Positions 53,357-55,905 of a DNA stretch of 55,905 nt are shown here, in pieces. The stretch comes from a virus (Duplodnaviria; Caudoviricetes), in IMG/VR virus record IMGVR_UViG_3300020187_003844, positions 1 to 55,905 of that record. One strand, given 5' to 3'. Both the position numbers and the translations under genes were made by a program. The notes below the pieces were generated by a model. It worked only from the letters and a program-made list of their open reading frames with translations, was not told the origin of the DNA and made no database searches. Position 1 is the stretch's first letter. The number at the start of each line of letters is the position of its first letter.

Positions 53357-54090
53357 GGCGGGTCACTTCTTAAGGATATGACATCTTCACGCTCGAGTAT
53401 TTCTTGCGCTTTTTGTTTGAACATTTTCTTTAAATTCTTTATTTGCTTGTAGCCAGCCTTGCGACCTTTTTCGCTGGTTTTGTATCCCATTTTTTCTGCA
53501 ACCTCTTCTTCGTCCAAGTGTTGAACAAATAATAATTCGTATACTTGATATTGTTTTTCGTTTAATTCTTTTTGCATGTGAATGTTTAATTTGGCTTGTG
53601 CATCAAGAATATCAAAATTATAATCTCGCATGGATCCAACCTCGTGAGTATGATTCTCGAGGGCTAATGCCATCTTGATTCCGTATGCAGGCTTCTTGGT
53701 TCGCTCCCACTTGGCGTACAATGGGCAGGAAGAGTCCTGCAAGCCGCTTTTAGTGAATCCGCATAGAGATGACTCTCCTCCATCCTTTGTGGCGCAATTT
53801 TGATTGAACGGACAGTTCAGACAAGGTCTCACAAAGTTGCTGTAATTGTTGCGCAAAATGTTTTTCATTTGATTGGTTATGATTTTGTTAATCCATGGCT
53901 TGAGAGATCTTCTTTGATCCCATTGATGCCATTTTTTATGAATATGAGCTCGAATGATCTGCTCAACATCATCAAAATCAAACCATGCTAAAGAATCTAA
54001 AAACCACTTGCCTCTTCTTTTTTTTATTTCAAGATCAATTTCTTCTGACTTGTCCTCGTAAGTGAATTCAGGATTTTCTTGGTCGGCCAC
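53347..54090 (-). CDS. Phage RNA polymerase sigma-70-like factor with Cys-rich insertion
   Basis: Region-2-like DFDDVEQII..H..KWHQWD...LKPWINKII.NQMKNILR; region-4-like LNEKQYQVYELLF...EEEVAEKMGY; GTG 54090 preferred. Confidence 0.7.
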   Translation of the reverse strand: MADQENPEFTYEDKSEEIDLEIKKRRGKWFLDSLAWFDFDDVEQIIRAHIHKKWHQWDQRRSLKPWINKIITNQMKNILRNNYSNFVRPCLNCPFNQNCATKDGGESSLCGFTKSGLQDSSCPLYAKWERTKKPAYGIKMALALENHTHEVGSMRDYNFDILDAQAKLNIHMQKELNEKQYQVYELLFVQHLDEEEVAEKMGYKTSEKGRKAGYKQIKNLKKMFKQKAQEILEREDVISLRSDPPWI

Positions 54091-54454
54091 GTCGTTTCGC
54101 TTTTTTTTGAGGAGGATTGGGTTGATCATCTTTATTGATAGCTTCTATTTCTTCGAGAGGAATAATATCCTTGAGGCTAAATTTATTTTTGTCTTGCTCG
54201 ATACTGTATGAAAATTTGGTTATATCTGGCACTTCGTATACATCTGTACCATCAGGATCGTCAATCTCTGCATGTTGAACAGGAGCTCGTCGTTTTGGAG
54301 CTCGACGGATGGGTGTCGACTTGCTTGCGCTGGTCGAACTCGTTTTAGCCGCAGATAATATGTTTATACCCTCTCCACAACCACCGCAAAATTTTGGTGC
54401 CTGAACAGAGTACATATTTTTAAAACCACAATGAGGACAATATGAGAAAGCCAT
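54068..54454 (-). CDS. Zinc-ribbon protein with basic C-terminal tail
   Basis: YCPHCG...PKFCGGCG; ends KRRGRPRKS (AT-hook-like). Confidence 0.7.
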   Translation of the reverse strand: MAFSYCPHCGFKNMYSVQAPKFCGGCGEGINILSAAKTSSTSASKSTPIRRAPKRRAPVQHAEIDDPDGTDVYEVPDITKFSYSIEQDKNKFSLKDIIPLEEIEAINKDDQPNPPQKKAKRRGRPRKS

Positions 54455-54484
54455 AATATATTTATATTATAGCTTAAAATATAA

Positions 54485-55075
54485 TTATATCAAATAACCG
54501 CTAATTACGCGTGCTTGTTTCTTGACAAATTCTTCAGCCTCATCACTCCATACTCGATTCTCTTTTACGTAATCTAATATGATGATACCAAGTATCTTAC
54601 CATTTAATGTTTTGATTGGTCTAGCAAACATACTTTTCACACCCTTATCTTCAAGAAATGATTTGAATGTTATATCATCAGTATATTTTTCTAAATTTGG
54701 ACACTTAAATGTTTTTTCTGATGCTATATCTTTTGTGAGGCCGTGAAAATTTGAGGTGCGAATATTCTGTATTTTATGACACTCAGAACTGATTCCCTCG
54801 CTAACCACTTCGTATGTGCAGCTTAGCTTTTGTTGACTTCTTCCAGAAAAGTAGTGTTCTCCATTATGAAACTCAAGAACATATGCTCTATCAGCTTCGG
54901 TTTCTGCAAGAACATATTCTAAAGCTGTGACAATGCTACTATGCTGATTCGGATCGTAGCTAAATTCTTTACTCTTTCTTTCATCGTACCTTATTTTAAA
55001 GTACATACCCGCAACAGCAGTGATTGCTGAAACTACACCCGTTAAAACACTAATTATATCAAGTCCGCTATTCAT
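54485..55075 (-). CDS. Single-TM protein with GAF-like domain (T4 holin T-like architecture)
   Basis: N-terminal TM segment, then ADRAYVLEFHNG...KSMFARPI....GKILGIIILDY GAF pattern. Confidence 0.6.
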   Translation of the reverse strand: MNSGLDIISVLTGVVSAITAVAGMYFKIRYDERKSKEFSYDPNQHSSIVTALEYVLAETEADRAYVLEFHNGEHYFSGRSQQKLSCTYEVVSEGISSECHKIQNIRTSNFHGLTKDIASEKTFKCPNLEKYTDDITFKSFLEDKGVKSMFARPIKTLNGKILGIIILDYVKENRVWSDEAEEFVKKQARVISGYLI

Positions 55076-55298
55076 TTTTAAACAATTTCGATGAGAGGGC
55101 CAAAAGCATAACCGATCCTATTATAATTGAGAACCATAACAAGGGTCCATAAATATCAAGCTTTTGCAATTCATCACTAATATATAATACATTATTTTCT
55201 TGACCAGGAGAAGCTTTTTCCGCTATTTCTTGCGGTTTCTGTATAAACTTTTTTACGCAACCACTAAATAATAAAAAACACAATCCTATATATCTCAT
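55068..55298 (-). CDS. Small lipoprotein with C-terminal transmembrane helix
   Basis: Lipobox-like LFSG-C at residue 14; TM segment LLWFSIIIGSVMLLALS. Confidence 0.55.
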   Translation of the reverse strand: MRYIGLCFLLFSGCVKKFIQKPQEIAEKASPGQENNVLYISDELQKLDIYGPLLWFSIIIGSVMLLALSSKLFKNE

Positions 55299-55729
55299 CT
55301 ACGTTTACTTGGTATCGCATAAAATCCAACCACCATAAAACACAAATCCATAAAACTAGCTAACATCAATCCTCCTGTCATTTTTACCATCTCCCAATCT
55401 TTGCCTCCAAATATCCAACTCACAAAGCCAAGCTTTCCTCCATCTCCTTTGGGCACAATGATGTTGTATTCTATTTGTGGATTCATTGCATAATAAATCA
55501 TCAAAAAACACATAGTGAAAGTGATACTCATAAATAATATTCTACGAGACACTTTGACAAAAGAATCACTGCTATTTTTTTGTTGGCTGTCGATTAATGC
55601 CTTGAGCATCGTTTCATCTCGCGCAGCAAGTGCCAATTGATCTTGACGTTTTTGATCCAACCATGCGTTGAGCAGATTGCAGCCGAGCTTGATCGCGGCA
55701 CCTATGATAGTGTTTAATATTGGTCCCAT
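55295..55729 (-). CDS. Holin-like membrane protein
   Basis: Amphipathic N-terminus, SDSFVKVSRRIL plus TM, second TM ending VVGFY and a basic tail, resembling 3TM phage holins. Confidence 0.5.
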   Translation of the reverse strand: MGPILNTIIGAAIKLGCNLLNAWLDQKRQDQLALAARDETMLKALIDSQQKNSSDSFVKVSRRILFMSITFTMCFLMIYYAMNPQIEYNIIVPKGDGGKLGFVSWIFGGKDWEMVKMTGGLMLASFMDLCFMVVGFYAIPSKRR

Positions 55730-55738
55730 ATATTGATG

Positions 55739-55743
55739 TACAC
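55739..55743 (-). promoter_or_regulatory. GTGTA putative phage promoter element (lysis-like operon)
   Basis: 9 nt upstream of ATG 55729. Confidence 0.6.
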
Positions 55744-55763
55744 TTTTAATTTTATTGACTTGT

Positions 55764-55768
55764 GTGTA
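55764..55768 (+). promoter_or_regulatory. GTGTA putative phage promoter element
   Basis: 9 nt upstream of ATG 55778; back-to-back with the 55739-55743 motif. Confidence 0.6.
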
Positions 55769-55777
55769 ATATAAGGT

Positions 55778-55905
55778 ATGTCACAACGAAACATCCTAGA
55801 AACACTCAGTAAAAATCTAAATTCTTATCAATCAACATGTTGGTTAAAAACAGAAAACGCAAAATTAAATGGCGCGACTCCTGCAGAATTGATGATGGAA
55901 AATAA
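55778..55905 (+). CDS. Partial ORF resembling the Xre/MbcA/ParS antitoxin C-terminal domain
   Basis: MSQRNILETLSKNLNSYQSTCWLKTENAKLNGATPAELMMEN...; matches the WL...N..L.G.TP.EL pattern; runs off the window. Confidence 0.55.
   Translation, partial: MSQRNILETLSKNLNSYQSTCWLKTENAKLNGATPAELMMEN

Noticed and set aside
55755-55783. TTGACT as a sigma70 -35 box for the last ORF
   Set aside because: No TANNNT at 16-18 nt spacing; the GTGTA motif explains the start better.
1-55905. Stop-codon reassignment, introns, inteins, tRNAs, CRISPR arrays or a diversity-generating retroelement
   Set aside because: Core genes are intact in the standard code at normal lengths. I saw no intein or reverse-transcriptase motifs, cloverleafs or repeat-spacer arrays, though tRNAscan-SE and Infernal would be needed to exclude small RNAs.

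Overview
This window is part of a large, AT-rich tailed dsDNA phage genome (Caudoviricetes). A marine or aquatic origin and a PVC-superphylum host, possibly Verrucomicrobia, are inferred, mainly from the Chlamydia-type ribonucleotide reductase. Left to right it contains: (i) a minus-strand block running portal -> two DUF2827-like paralogues -> a five-module and a two-module glycosyltransferase -> tail fibre (truncated by the window edge); (ii) a plus-strand replication/recombination block (RecA, DnaB, primase, PD-(D/E)XK nuclease, NUDIX); (iii) a second glycan island (GT2, FkbM methyltransferase, sulfotransferase-like, GT47-like, gmd, fcl); (iv) small fibre/LamG genes, an outer-membrane beta-barrel and Hsp20; (v) nrdAB whose beta subunit lacks the radical tyrosine (class Ic signature), a Pol III alpha split into PHP / DnaQ / core genes, and a ClpC-like unfoldase; (vi) a minus-strand head/packaging block (major capsid, decoration, protease-scaffold, terminase, ERCC4 nuclease), a sigma-like factor with a Cys-rich insert, and candidate lysis genes. 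The strongest unexplained signal is regulatory. A GTGTA pentamer precedes 14 starts on both strands (9-13 nt upstream in 12 of them), five sigma70-type promoters mostly initiate at or next to the start codon, and hsp20 has a sigma54-type promoter. The glycan genes share the GTGTA motif with the virion genes, which suggests a late, virion-directed glycosylation system. No tRNA, rRNA or CRISPR array was recognised. All family assignments come from motif recognition by eye, not from database searches.
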